NCBI GenBank assembly: GCA_965197745.1
Contig: CBDANS010000006.1
Coordinates: forward strand, 832,001 to 896,000
Direction: 5' to 3'
Length of the DNA: 64,000 nucleotides
Source of the DNA: Opitutales bacterium
Lineage (GTDB): Bacteria > Verrucomicrobiota > Verrucomicrobiia > Opitutales > PNEW01
The position numbers and the translations under genes are program-made. Below are positions 9,980 to 20,726 of the stretch, piece after piece. The notes beneath the pieces were generated by a model, which was not told the origin of the DNA, did no database searches, and saw nothing but the letters and a program-made list of their open reading frames with translations. The number at the start of each line of letters is the position of its first letter. Position 1 is the stretch's first letter.

Positions 9980-11455
9980 ATGAATTATTCTGTCATCTTC
10001 AGGTTACTAAGTGTGATTATGGCAGCAATCGGCTTAGCCATGTTAACAAGCCTGGGTGCTGGTTACCTGGCAGGAGACCCCCTGGTCGAAGAACAGGCAT
10101 TATCAGGTTTTGGTATAGGCATATGTGTTGCTCTTGGTCTGGCTGTAGCCCTCTATATTTTAGGCCCACGCGGAGAATTTAAAATGTTTCGTAAAGAGGC
10201 ATTGTGTGTGATTGGCCTCGGCTGGATTCTCTCCTGCCTTGTTGGCGCTTTGCCCTACTTCTTCATTATTCCCGATTGTGGTTTGGCCAACGCGGTTTTC
10301 GAATCCACGTCGGGATTAACGACAACGGGTGCTACTGTTTTCACAGAACTTGAACAACTGCCACGCAGCCTTTTGTTTTGGCGACAGATCAGTCAGTGGA
10401 TTGGCGGCCTTGGCGTAGTCGTATTTTTTGTCGCCATCCTCTCTTTCCTCGGGGCGGGCGCAAAAATTCTCTACTCCCGGGAATCATCCGCGGAGTCGAC
10501 AGAGCTTGATTCCCCTCGAGTTCAAAGTGGGGTTCTTCATATCCTTTATCTCTACTTGGGATTATCTGTTATTTGTGCCATGGTCTACCATATTTGCGGG
10601 ATGTCCTGGTATGATGCCATCTGTCACATGTTTACCACCTTGGCAACCGGTGGGTTCAGCACTTACAGTAATAGCGTCGCGGCTTTCCAAAGTCCACTCA
10701 TTGAATGGATGTTTATCCTTTTCATGATTCTTGGTGCAACCAGCTTTTTCGTTATCCTGCGCACCCTGCGCGGGCAGTGGAAGGAAGCCCTTATGAATAC
10801 AGAAATTCGTGTGTATTATGCCATACTGGCTGTATCCACGGTTATTATCACACTGCTTTTACTCTTCCATGAAATAAACGGTGATCCCATGGATACTTTG
10901 CGCACAAGTCTGTTTCAGGTTGTTTCTATCGCGACAACCTCAGGTTTCAGCACCACTGATTTCGATGCCTGGATACCGGCGACACACTCTGTTCTCCTGG
11001 CGCTGATGGTTATTGGCGGCAGTTCGGGTTCCACCGCCGGTGGTCTGAAAGTAATACGGGTCGTTATTGGTATAAAAATATGCATTGTTAATATTGAAAA
11101 AGCATTTCGCAGTCATGTTGTTCGCCCCATAAAAGTCAACGGGCGCAATATTTCAGTATCAGCGCAAGATAATATTACGATCTATATCGTGCTTATCACT
11201 GTTATCATATATATGAGTAAATGCATAGTAGCCTTACTTGAGAATGATTTGACCCTGGAGGGGACCTATTCAACCGTAATCTCCTGTTTTTACAACATTG
11301 GTCCCGGGTTTTCCGAGATAGGGCCCACCCGCACTTATGCTAATTTTCACGACAGCACTAAATATTTCCTCTCCCTCCTCATGATAATGGGTCGTCTGGA
11401 ACTATATGCTGTTCTCGTCCTCTTTGCTCCTTCGCTTTGGAAACGATTCTCTTGA
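9980..11455 (+). CDS. trkH: Trk potassium uptake membrane subunit
   Basis: Pore motifs FESTSGLTTTG, TLATGGFS, TTSGFS and NIGPG, plus GSTAGGLK and MGRLE. Confidence 0.95.
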   Translation: MNYSVIFRLLSVIMAAIGLAMLTSLGAGYLAGDPLVEEQALSGFGIGICVALGLAVALYILGPRGEFKMFRKEALCVIGLGWILSCLVGALPYFFIIPDCGLANAVFESTSGLTTTGATVFTELEQLPRSLLFWRQISQWIGGLGVVVFFVAILSFLGAGAKILYSRESSAESTELDSPRVQSGVLHILYLYLGLSVICAMVYHICGMSWYDAICHMFTTLATGGFSTYSNSVAAFQSPLIEWMFILFMILGATSFFVILRTLRGQWKEALMNTEIRVYYAILAVSTVIITLLLLFHEINGDPMDTLRTSLFQVVSIATTSGFSTTDFDAWIPATHSVLLALMVIGGSSGSTAGGLKVIRVVIGIKICIVNIEKAFRSHVVRPIKVNGRNISVSAQDNITIYIVLITVIIYMSKCIVALLENDLTLEGTYSTVISCFYNIGPGFSEIGPTRTYANFHDSTKYFLSLLMIMGRLELYAVLVLFAPSLWKRFS

Positions 11456-11501
11456 GAAAATAACCGTAGGCTTAAGCTTACTCGTGAAAGTAACTTAATA
11501 T

Positions 11502-11744
11502 CTAATTGTTATCATCACCGTTTTCACCAATCGCTTCTACCGGGCAACCCTCCAGCGCTTCAGTGCATTCAGCGATTTGATCATCGGTTTCTGGCTGATT
11601 ATAGACATAGGAATAACCCCCCGAATCATTGCGTGTGAAAAAGTCGGGCGCTGTTTCCCGGCACAGGTCGCAATCGATACATTGCTCATCGACATAGAAC
11701 TTCCCGGTAATGTTCTCGGGCCATTTATCTGATTTATCAGCCAT
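11502..11744 (-). CDS. Mono-cluster ferredoxin
   Basis: CIDCDLC...CPVEAIG motif in an acidic 80-aa protein. Confidence 0.9.
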   Translation of the reverse strand: MADKSDKWPENITGKFYVDEQCIDCDLCRETAPDFFTRNDSGGYSYVYNQPETDDQIAECTEALEGCPVEAIGENGDDNN

Positions 11745-12049
11745 ATTGCGGTTAAAATTATTATATGGCTTAAATAGTCAAATAATATTCATCTGATTTA
11801 CAGAAATAAAAGAAATAAGCAGCCCGCGCTCTTTATCTTATTATTAGAATTAATAAAACTTCCCCCCTTAAAAGGGTGATTATATTCTAGTATAGATTCC
11901 TAATTATGAATAGTATTTTAAATTTACCCGTGCCCCTTAAATTGCTCTGGATTGAAAACTTTCAAAGGGAATATATCATAATGATTTGTTTCTTAAATCA
12001 TTAAGTATAACTATTATCTCCTGCCACGCATTTATTATGCCTATATGTC

Positions 12050-12928
12050 ATGCTTTATGATCGTCCCTATATGCGCAATGAAAGCGCCTCTCGACCCTTT
12101 CCTGTGCTGAAGTGGATTCTTATCGTCAACATTGCTCTTTTCGTCGCTCAAAGCATTTTCCGTTGGTGGTTTAACAGCAATTTTCCGGAGTATTATTTTG
12201 GTCTGCGAGGTTCCAACTTATTGCACGGTTTTGTCTGGACACCGCTTACTTACAGCCTGCTGCATGACACTTCATATCCATTTCATCTTATTATGAATAT
12301 GATAGTTATTTTTCTCTTCGGCCGGTTTGTAGATCATGACATCGGGTCGCACAAACTATTAGATCTCTACTTGCTCTCTGTCTTCATCGGTGGCTTCACA
12401 TGGTTAATCTTTAATTTTCATACTGATGCTCCACTCATTGGCGCCTCGGCAGGAGCCCTGGGTTTATTAACGTTATATTGCATTATGCACGCTGACGAAC
12501 GGGTTACTTTTCTCCTCTTCTTTATTATACCAGTCATGATTAAACCAAGGTATTTAGGCTGGATTATTTTCGGTATCGAGCTGTTCGGTTTTCTCTTCAG
12601 TGAATTGGTTCCGGGCAGCATGAATCGGGTCGCTCATTCGGCACATCTTGGCGGCATGCTAGGCGGTTTTCTTTACTTCCGTTTTCTTATCAATCGGAAA
12701 CCCATACTGCAGCATAAAAAACCCTCGGTTGAATTACCCCATTGGTTTAAAAAGAGCTCAACGCCGCGGGGGATAAAACGAAATTTTAAAATCAATATCG
12801 GAAATCGAAAGGATCTTCAAAAAGAAGTGGATCGAATACTTGATAAGATTAACAGCCAGGGGTTTGGCTCACTCAGTGAAGAAGAAAAACAAACCCTTGA
12901 TCGAGCCAAGGATATTCTCAGCCGATAA
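12050..12928 (+). CDS. Rhomboid family intramembrane serine protease with C-terminal soluble (DUF6576-like) domain
   Basis: HLIMNM, GASAG (catalytic Ser) and AHLGG (catalytic His). The C-terminus reads VDRILDKINSQGFGSLSEEEK. Confidence 0.9.
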   Translation: MLYDRPYMRNESASRPFPVLKWILIVNIALFVAQSIFRWWFNSNFPEYYFGLRGSNLLHGFVWTPLTYSLLHDTSYPFHLIMNMIVIFLFGRFVDHDIGSHKLLDLYLLSVFIGGFTWLIFNFHTDAPLIGASAGALGLLTLYCIMHADERVTFLLFFIIPVMIKPRYLGWIIFGIELFGFLFSELVPGSMNRVAHSAHLGGMLGGFLYFRFLINRKPILQHKKPSVELPHWFKKSSTPRGIKRNFKINIGNRKDLQKEVDRILDKINSQGFGSLSEEEKQTLDRAKDILSR

Positions 12929-13267
12929 GATCGGCCCGTTCGGGCAGGATCGTAATTTCCCGAATCCTGATATTTAATTGCCAAGGGGGGTTGGAGGTTT
13001 TGGAAGATGTGAACAATTGCCCTTTTTTCATGTCGAATACCTTCAGCTTCCACCTGGTAAGAAAACCAGTCTACTACATAATAAAGCAGATTATGAGCCC
13101 TCAGGGCCAAAGATAATTTCAATATTGTCCTAAAAAATACTTACGAATAATAAAATTAAATTAGACATCAATAACGCTTTATCTATAGAATAGTAGTTTT
13201 ATGATGCCGAAAAAATCACGGTATCGCTTTTCTCTGGTAGACCCACTTCTTTAAGTATGTATCTTGT

Positions 13268-15802
13268 ATGAATAGAATGATCCGACAAATTGCATTTATT
13301 CTCGTTGCTCCTCTCGCCTCTAGTATCGCCGCGGCCGACGAAACCTTTAGTCTAAGTATTGCCAGCAGCGAGCAAATGAAAAAAGAGACGGTCCTCGCCA
13401 TTGACTCTATTCAAAGCTACCACTTCACGAAGAAACCTCTGGCAAAAATAGATACGGAAACACTGCTGAAGAATTTTATGGAGGAATTAGACTATCACCA
13501 CCTCTTCTTCCTCAAAAAAGATATCGAAGTGCTTACCTTAAGATTCCGGGATTCTCTCATAAATGTTTGGCTGGCAAGCGGTGATCTTTACCCTGCGTTT
13601 CAAATATTTGAAACTTACCGCGACACCGCACTTACCCGTCTCGATTGGATATTTGAACGAATCGACGGTGATTTTAACTTCGAGATCGATGAGACCTTTA
13701 TTACCGACCGCTCTGAAGCAGAATGGCCGGACTCCATCGCTGACGCTGACATGCTCTGGAATAAGCGCTTAAAGTTTGATCTCCTGCAAGAACTGCTGAG
13801 GGATGAATCACTGGAACGCGCAAAAGAAAAAGTCAAACGCCGTTATCGACGGACTAAAAAAGATATAAATGAAATTGATGCCTATAATATTCAGGAGTTG
13901 TTCCTCTCCGCTTTAGCGCAACTCTATGACCCCCATTCCATTTACTATTCATCAGATTCCCTTGAAGAGTTCGCGATCACAATGCGTAATTCCCTGGTGG
14001 GAATTGGTGCCCTATTACGGGACGAAGATGGCTATTGCGTAATTCAACGATTGATCGCCGGCGGCCCCGCTGAAATGAGCAATCAACTACACCCCGGAGA
14101 TACTATCGTGGAAGTTGCCCAAAAGGATGATGAACCCGTCGATGTGATTGACATGAAATTAAGCAAAATCGTAAAGATGATTCGTGGAATCAAAGGCACT
14201 GAAGTGCGACTGACGATAAAACCTGCGGTTTCTACTGATTCATCCGAACGGAATATTGTATCTTTGATACGCGATGAGATTCAGTTAACAGCCAATCTCG
14301 CTAAAGCAAATGTTCACGAAGTGCCAATCAGCGATGATAAAATATTAACGATAGGCGTGATCGACCTGCCAAACTTTTATGGATCCGGGGTGGGTGGAGA
14401 ACCTGCGGAATCCAGCACCACTGAAGATGTTGAAGCGCTTATTGTAAAACTTAAAAATATTGAGATTGACGGGCTCGTCCTTGATTTACGCCGCAACGGC
14501 GGTGGCCTCCTTAGTGAAGCGATAAGCCTGACTGGATTATTTATTCCTAAGGGACCCGTAGTACAGGTAAAAGATACTTCGGGACGCATTCGTAAAGACT
14601 GGGATCGCGATCCCAAGATTGTCTATACCGGACCCCTGGCAGTCCTCGTATCCCGGCGAAGTGCATCTGCCAGTGAAATTGTTGCAGGCGCCTTACAGAA
14701 TCATCGTCGCGCCATTATCATAGGCGATGCTTCTACGCACGGCAAAGGGACTGTCCAAGCAATATTTGAACTCGAACGCGGCTTGAGATTCGGAATGTTT
14801 TCCAAGCCCCCGAAGCTGGGCGCAACGAAAATCACGATCCAGAAATTCTACCTCCCCAATGGTGAATCCACACAGAAAGAAGGGGTGAAATCCGATATTA
14901 TCATTCCCTCCGTAGATGAATTACTTCCAATCGGCGAATCCGACCTCCCGAATGCGCTCGCCTGGGACACAATAGAACCGTTGGATTGGTTGTCAAATTT
15001 AGTGCAAATGGATGATCGCTATATAATTGATGACGCCATGCTCGCCACTTTACGTCATCAAAGTGAGGATCGATTGCTATATTTCGATGAGTTTGCCTAT
15101 CTCAGAGAAAACATTGATTGGTTTCAAGCTAAGCAGGATGAAAAAGAGGTTTCATTAAACTTAGAAAAGAGACGCAGCCTGAAAGAAAAAGACACTCTTT
15201 TTAAGGAATCGATGGAAGAGAGGCTCGATAAACTAAGTGAGATGAGCTATGCTTCAACGGAAGTGTTGCTCGATCTTTCGATCGACAAGAAGAATCAACA
15301 TCAGGAAAAACTGCGGAAATCTATTCTCCCCAATGGCAAACCAAAGGTTAATCAATATTACCAGAAGGTTTACTATTATGCTCCGACTGAAAATGACGAG
15401 ATCAAGGAAATTTATGTGGAGAGAATTGATTTTGAGAAAATGATCAAACATTTAGATGAAATTGTCTCGTTTCTTTCGCACAAGGCTGGGATCGAGTTAT
15501 CCACTCAATCCATTGAGGATATATTGCAGCAATTTAAAAATGCTGATCGAAGTGAGGATTTTCTCGTTGAAAAAGCATTCTACACTCATTTTAAGGAGAA
15601 GCTTACGGCAGATGAAATCAACACCCTCCTCCCTTCATTCTTTAATAAGCTAATAGAAATCGACCCCCATATGTTGGATGATAATCCGGTCCTTGATATA
15701 CCTTTACGAGAAAGTCTGCGCGTAGTCACAGACTGGGTAAAATACAGACTAAATAAAGAGCCCCCCATCCCCGTCACCGCTGGCGCAATCAGCAAGGGAT
15801 AG
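13268..15802 (+). CDS. prc: Carboxy-terminal processing (tail-specific) protease, S41A family, Prc/Tsp-like
   Basis: Signal peptide, DPHS, PDZ domain (GIGA), DLRRNGGG, SASASEIV and GKGTVQ motifs. Confidence 0.9.
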   Translation: MNRMIRQIAFILVAPLASSIAAADETFSLSIASSEQMKKETVLAIDSIQSYHFTKKPLAKIDTETLLKNFMEELDYHHLFFLKKDIEVLTLRFRDSLINVWLASGDLYPAFQIFETYRDTALTRLDWIFERIDGDFNFEIDETFITDRSEAEWPDSIADADMLWNKRLKFDLLQELLRDESLERAKEKVKRRYRRTKKDINEIDAYNIQELFLSALAQLYDPHSIYYSSDSLEEFAITMRNSLVGIGALLRDEDGYCVIQRLIAGGPAEMSNQLHPGDTIVEVAQKDDEPVDVIDMKLSKIVKMIRGIKGTEVRLTIKPAVSTDSSERNIVSLIRDEIQLTANLAKANVHEVPISDDKILTIGVIDLPNFYGSGVGGEPAESSTTEDVEALIVKLKNIEIDGLVLDLRRNGGGLLSEAISLTGLFIPKGPVVQVKDTSGRIRKDWDRDPKIVYTGPLAVLVSRRSASASEIVAGALQNHRRAIIIGDASTHGKGTVQAIFELERGLRFGMFSKPPKLGATKITIQKFYLPNGESTQKEGVKSDIIIPSVDELLPIGESDLPNALAWDTIEPLDWLSNLVQMDDRYIIDDAMLATLRHQSEDRLLYFDEFAYLRENIDWFQAKQDEKEVSLNLEKRRSLKEKDTLFKESMEERLDKLSEMSYASTEVLLDLSIDKKNQHQEKLRKSILPNGKPKVNQYYQKVYYYAPTENDEIKEIYVERIDFEKMIKHLDEIVSFLSHKAGIELSTQSIEDILQQFKNADRSEDFLVEKAFYTHFKEKLTADEINTLLPSFFNKLIEIDPHMLDDNPVLDIPLRESLRVVTDWVKYRLNKEPPIPVTAGAISKG

Positions 15803-15820
15803 AAAAAAATTATCCCCTTT

Positions 15821-16660
15821 TCATTTCCAAGCGAGAAAAAACCGCTCTCGTTGATGAATATCCAGGCGCGATTCCCAGCTTTTGAACCCTTCCTGCGCCG
15901 CAACTTCACGTAATGCTGCATGATGCTCGATACCTGTTTCCAGCGCAATAAGACCTCCTTCGTTCAAATAATCTGAAGCCTGAGAGAGAATGTACTTAAG
16001 GGCACTCAATCCTTTTTCCCTGGCTACCAGTGCATCTCGCGGTTCAAAGTCTTTCACCTCGGGCTGTGAATTCTCGCATTCTGTCACAGAGAGGTAAGGG
16101 GGATTGGCTACAATCAAGTCAAATGTTCCATTAATATTTTTAAACCAATCGGAAAAATTAAGCCTGACGCGTTTCTCTAATCCGTGTCGTTCAACATTTT
16201 CATGTGCCAATGACAAGGCTTCATCGCTGCAGTCTACAGCCAGCACCTGTGAATCTGGATATTGCTCGGCCAATGCTAATGCAATAGCGCCACATCCTGT
16301 CCCGAGGTCGACGATTTTACCCGGCGTATGGTCCAGGATATTTATGACAAGATCAACCAGCTCTTCAGTCTCCGGCCTTGGAATAAGTGCACGACGATCA
16401 ACTTTCAATTGAATATTTAAAAAATCAACTTCACCTAATATATACTGTAATGGTTCACGTCTGCCCCGACGCCTGACAAATTCACGAATCTGGTCTACAA
16501 ATGTCGATTCCAACGGACGATCATATTGCAAATAGAGATCTAATCGATTCAGCTTTAAAACTTGCGCGATAAGCGTCTCGGCATTGAGTCGAGCATTTTC
16601 TATTTTTCTAGCAGAAAAATAATCCGCTGTCTTATTAATAAGATCAATAAGGGTAAGCAT
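15821..16660 (-). CDS. prmC: Release factor glutamine methyltransferase
   Basis: EPLQYILG, LIPRPETE, DLGTGCG and NPPY motifs, downstream of prfA. Confidence 0.96.
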   Translation of the reverse strand: MLTLIDLINKTADYFSARKIENARLNAETLIAQVLKLNRLDLYLQYDRPLESTFVDQIREFVRRRGRREPLQYILGEVDFLNIQLKVDRRALIPRPETEELVDLVINILDHTPGKIVDLGTGCGAIALALAEQYPDSQVLAVDCSDEALSLAHENVERHGLEKRVRLNFSDWFKNINGTFDLIVANPPYLSVTECENSQPEVKDFEPRDALVAREKGLSALKYILSQASDYLNEGGLIALETGIEHHAALREVAAQEGFKSWESRLDIHQRERFFLAWK

Positions 16661-16719
16661 ACCCGAAATCTAATAAATTATTCTCTACGCCTAGTTTGAA
16701 AATAGCCCCAATGGCATTT

Positions 16720-17811
16720 TCAACTCTCATTAATTGAGAGCAATTCATCTATTTTAATTTTTTTATCAGCTTCCTGAAGAGCATGGATTACTTCATTTAA
16801 TTCACCTTCCATAATATCTGATAGATTATGGAGCGTGAGTCCAATACGATGATCGGTGAGACGGCTTTGTGGAAAGTTGTAAGTGCGAATTCGTTCACTA
16901 CGGTCTCCGGTGCCGATCTGACTGCGTCGGTGTTGGGCATAGCGAGCTCGCTCCTCCCCTTCCTTATGCTGAAACAGGCGGGCACGTAATACCTTCATCG
17001 CTTTTTGTTTATTCTTTAATTGTGAACGTTCATCCATACAACTGACAATTAATCCTGTCGGTTTATGAAGAATTTGTACCGCGGAATCAGTCGTATTTAC
17101 CCCCTGCCCCCCCGGACCGCTCGCGCGGCTGACAGATATTTCAAGGTCACTCGGATCGATAAGGATGTCTACTTCCTCTGCTTCCGGAAGCACAGCCACG
17201 GTGGCGGTAGAAGTATGGATACGTCCGTTTGTTTCTGTAACGGGAACCCGTTGGACTCGGTGGACGCCGCTCTCAAATTTAAGATTTTTATATACCTCGT
17301 CGCCGCGAACATTAAAAATCACTTCTTTAAATCCATGTGCATCTGATATACTCGATCCGAGTGGTTCCACTTTCCAACCCTGTTTTTCCGCATACCGGAC
17401 ATACAATCGATAAAGATCAGAGGCAAAAAGTGAAGCTTCATTCCCGCCAGCTCCAGCGCGAATTTCCACGATTGTGTTCCGTGAATCGCTTTTTTCCGGT
17501 GGCAACATCGAGACAAGAAGATTATTATGCAGAGTTTCAGCATTCTCACGCAGTATTGTCAGTTCCTCCTCTGCTAATTCTTTAATTTCCGGTTCGCTCT
17601 CGCGATCATCCAGAATAGACTGATTCTCATTAATCTGCTTATCGACATTTTCCAATTCAAGATGAAGCGCTATTAACTTGCTCAGGTTTTGATGCTCGCG
17701 TGACAAATCCGCAGCACGACGGGCGTTTTGATAAAAGTCAGGCATCCTCATCTGCGCATCGATTTCTTCGAAACGCTTGCGAAAGGGTTCGATATCAGGT
17801 AAAGATTGCAT
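16720..17811 (-). CDS. prfA: Peptide chain release factor 1
   Basis: PVT anticodon-mimic motif (RVPVTE), GGQ and RIRTYNFPQ. The start is placed at the ATG of MQSLPD, although the ORF extends to 17832. Confidence 0.96.
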   Translation of the reverse strand: MQSLPDIEPFRKRFEEIDAQMRMPDFYQNARRAADLSREHQNLSKLIALHLELENVDKQINENQSILDDRESEPEIKELAEEELTILRENAETLHNNLLVSMLPPEKSDSRNTIVEIRAGAGGNEASLFASDLYRLYVRYAEKQGWKVEPLGSSISDAHGFKEVIFNVRGDEVYKNLKFESGVHRVQRVPVTETNGRIHTSTATVAVLPEAEEVDILIDPSDLEISVSRASGPGGQGVNTTDSAVQILHKPTGLIVSCMDERSQLKNKQKAMKVLRARLFQHKEGEERARYAQHRRSQIGTGDRSERIRTYNFPQSRLTDHRIGLTLHNLSDIMEGELNEVIHALQEADKKIKIDELLSINES

Positions 17812-17899
17812 GGGATCAATAATACTGCACAAGATACTAAATCAAATTATAGAGTAAATTGCACGTCTCAGCTTATAATATTATATAGTCCTCTTCGCA

Positions 17900-18928
17900 A
17901 TGGCCCAAAACAATCTTCATAGCCAGAATATTGTCTCCTGCATCTGGGATTTCGACAAGACATTAATCCCCGGTTATATGCAGGCACCCCTATTTGCACG
18001 TTACTCCATAGATGAAAAAACTTTTTGGGAGGAAGTCAGCCAGCTACCACACATTTATGAAAAACAAGGGCTCAAGGTAAGTAAAGACACTGTTTATCTT
18101 AACCACTTGCTCAGTTATGTTCGCGCAGGAGTGTTGAAAGGTTTGAATAACGCAAAATTGCGAGAGCTTGGACAGGATATTCATTTTTACGATGGTTTAC
18201 CCGACTTTTTCCATGAACTGAAAGAACTCGTTCATAGTAATGATGAATTTGCCACTCACGATATCACTCTCGAACACTATATCATCAGCACGGGCTTGGC
18301 TGAAATCATTCGCGGCAGCGCTATTGCATCACATGTAGATGGCATATATGGCTGTGAATTTGTGGAAAACCCACTCCCCCCCGGCTTCATTAATCAAAGC
18401 GATTTAGAGTTCGAAACTGATCGTGAAATTAGCCAGATCGGAACGATGGTAGACAATACGATTAAGACCCGTTTTATCTTTGAAATTAACAAAGGCTCAA
18501 ACAAAAATCCTGAAATAGACGTCAACGCGGTAATACGTCCTGAGGACAGGCGAATCCCCATTCAGAATATGATATATATCGCTGACGGCCCTAGTGACAT
18601 ACCTGTTTTTTCAGTGGTGAAAAAAAACGGCGGTAAAACCTACGCTGTTTACAATACTGATCAGACTGATGAATTTGCCCAAAACGATAACCTCCTGCAG
18701 GTAGGCCGTATTCACGCATACGGTCCCGCTGATTATAATTCATCGAGCACCACATCTAAATGGATTAAAATGCACTTACTGCAAATTTGTAAGCGTATTG
18801 CAAAAGAACGTGATCAAACCCTGGAGGATCGTGTGAGTAAACCGCCACGCCATTTACATGATAAAAATGTCAATCCAACCGAGTCTGAGATCCCACAACA
18901 AAAGGCCCTTTTTGATGACGACAGTTGA
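17900..18928 (+). CDS. HAD-superfamily hydrolase of unknown substrate
   Basis: WDFDKTL (DxDxT), IISTG and YIADGPSD motifs. Confidence 0.85.
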   Translation: MAQNNLHSQNIVSCIWDFDKTLIPGYMQAPLFARYSIDEKTFWEEVSQLPHIYEKQGLKVSKDTVYLNHLLSYVRAGVLKGLNNAKLRELGQDIHFYDGLPDFFHELKELVHSNDEFATHDITLEHYIISTGLAEIIRGSAIASHVDGIYGCEFVENPLPPGFINQSDLEFETDREISQIGTMVDNTIKTRFIFEINKGSNKNPEIDVNAVIRPEDRRIPIQNMIYIADGPSDIPVFSVVKKNGGKTYAVYNTDQTDEFAQNDNLLQVGRIHAYGPADYNSSSTTSKWIKMHLLQICKRIAKERDQTLEDRVSKPPRHLHDKNVNPTESEIPQQKALFDDDS

Positions 18929-19369
18929 ATTACCATCTCCCCTTCTTTCTTATTAAGCAAAGTTGTGGCGTTATATGCAGCCCGGCATGAACCGGGAACG
19001 AGAGCATAAAATCCAAGGGATAGAAAATAAGAGGCCATATCCCGAAACCCATACGAGGGGCAGACTGTATACATCGGCCTGAACCAGACGAGAAGCAAGA
19101 ACCAGCTTACCCAACTTAAAACGCGGCAATGCAAGTAAGAATGGAATTTTAATCCTGTTTTTCCTATTCAGGTAAAAATAGATTTCATGTGATGCCACTT
19201 TTAAAATAGGGATCCGGTTGCACGCCCACACATTACCCGAATTTTACTGATGACGACTTCATATCCATTCGAGACTCGTGTTTGGACTATATCTCAGCCT
19301 TGGTGGATGCTCCTTCTGAGACACAGCCTTGACTTATGCGATGAACCTGAATGCTAATTATTAAATACG

Positions 19370-19894
19370 ATGATAAAAATAGGAATTATCAATGTATCTG
19401 ATCGGGCCAGTGCCGGTGAATATGAAGATATACCTGGAAAAGAGGTTGTTAAAATATTAAGCTCTTATTTGATTTCAGAATGGGAAAAAGAATATGCAAT
19501 TATCCCGGACGAACAGCCTTTGATTGAAAAAAAGCTAATCCAATTCACTGACGATAAAGATTGCTGTTTAGTTGTAACGACTGGTGGAACGGGTCCTGCC
19601 TACCGCGACGTTACCCCGGAAGCCACCGAAGCTGTCACTGAAAAAAAGATGCCTGGCTTCGGTGAATTGATGCGCGCCACATCACTTCAATATGTGCCGA
19701 CGGCAATCCTCTCCCGGCAAACGGCCGGTATTCGTGGAAAGTGCCTGATCTTAAATCTGCCGGGTAAACCCAAGGCTATAGGGGAGTGCCTGGAAGCGGT
19801 ATTCCCTGCCATACCTTATTGTATTGACCTGATAGGCGGCCCTTATCTGGAATGTGATGAAACTGTTCTTAAGGTCTTTCGACCAAAGAGTTGA
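19370..19894 (+). CDS. mog: Molybdopterin adenylyltransferase
   Basis: SDRAS.G.YED, TTGGTGP..RDVTPEAT, AILSRQ and NLPGKP motifs. Confidence 0.96.
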   Translation: MIKIGIINVSDRASAGEYEDIPGKEVVKILSSYLISEWEKEYAIIPDEQPLIEKKLIQFTDDKDCCLVVTTGGTGPAYRDVTPEATEAVTEKKMPGFGELMRATSLQYVPTAILSRQTAGIRGKCLILNLPGKPKAIGECLEAVFPAIPYCIDLIGGPYLECDETVLKVFRPKS

Positions 19895-20037
19895 TCCCAT
19901 AGGGGAAACCATCCGACCAGCCGATTGATGATAGCAGTCATCGATTTCATTTCTTAAAAAAGATTATCGTAAAATTGATGAAAATATATAAGATCCCTGA
20001 ATTCTGAATTCTTTAAACAAATATATAGATTGATATA

Positions 20038-20619
20038 ATGAACATTCTTATCGCCGAAGATGACCTAATTTCGCGAAAATTGCTCCAGACAAACCTGGAA
20101 CAAATGTGATATCAGGTAACAGCCGCCGCCGATGGTCAGGAAGCCTGGGATTTATTCGACCGCGTCCCCTATCGCATTATCGTGAGTGATTGGCTTATGC
20201 CCTCCGTCGACGGTCTCGAATTATGCCAGAAAATTCGAGAACGCCCCAATACCGATTATACCTATTTCATCCTTCTCACGGCCAATGTAGGTGAAGAAAA
20301 GAATTACTTTGAGGCGATGAATAGAGGAGTGGACGATTTTCTAAGCAAACCACTTGATCGTCAGCAGTTGACCATACGTCTGCGCGTGGCCAAGCGGATT
20401 CTCAAAGATACTTCACGGATCAAATCATTGGAAAACATCGTCACCATGTGTGCTTACACAAAAAAGATAAAGATGGAAGATGAAGACTGGCAAAATATAG
20501 AAAGCTTTATCGAGACGCATCTGGGCATTAAATTATCGCATGGAATCAACCCGGATTATTATCAGCAAGTAATTGTTCCGGAAATCGAAAGGCTGAAACA
20601 GAAATCAGCTGAAGAATAA
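20038..20619 (+). pseudogene. Response regulator (REC domain plus a short C-terminal 'SHGI' domain) interrupted by an in-frame TGA at 20107-20109
   Basis: MNILIAEDDLISRKLLQTNLEQM*YQVTAAADGQEAW...SDWLMP..DG...FLSKP. The stop falls where Gly is expected (GGA>TGA). Confidence 0.85.
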
Positions 20620-20726
20620 GTAGGTTCTCTTAAAATAGGGAACCTTCCCCAAACCCATTCTATGCGGTTCAGGGGCTCTCTTCCTTAAATGCGGTGAGGG
20701 GGGTTATTTCTGCCTGACTAAGTGCC

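Noticed and set aside
18929..19369. Moco riboswitch or real CDSs (18814..19134, 18971..19231) upstream of mog
   Set aside because: No Moco RNA consensus is recognisable. The ORFs have no motif, and one overlaps the HAD gene.
20622..20645. Hairpin after the response regulator as a terminator
   Set aside because: The 9-bp stem has a G-U pair and no U-tract, which is too weak to call.
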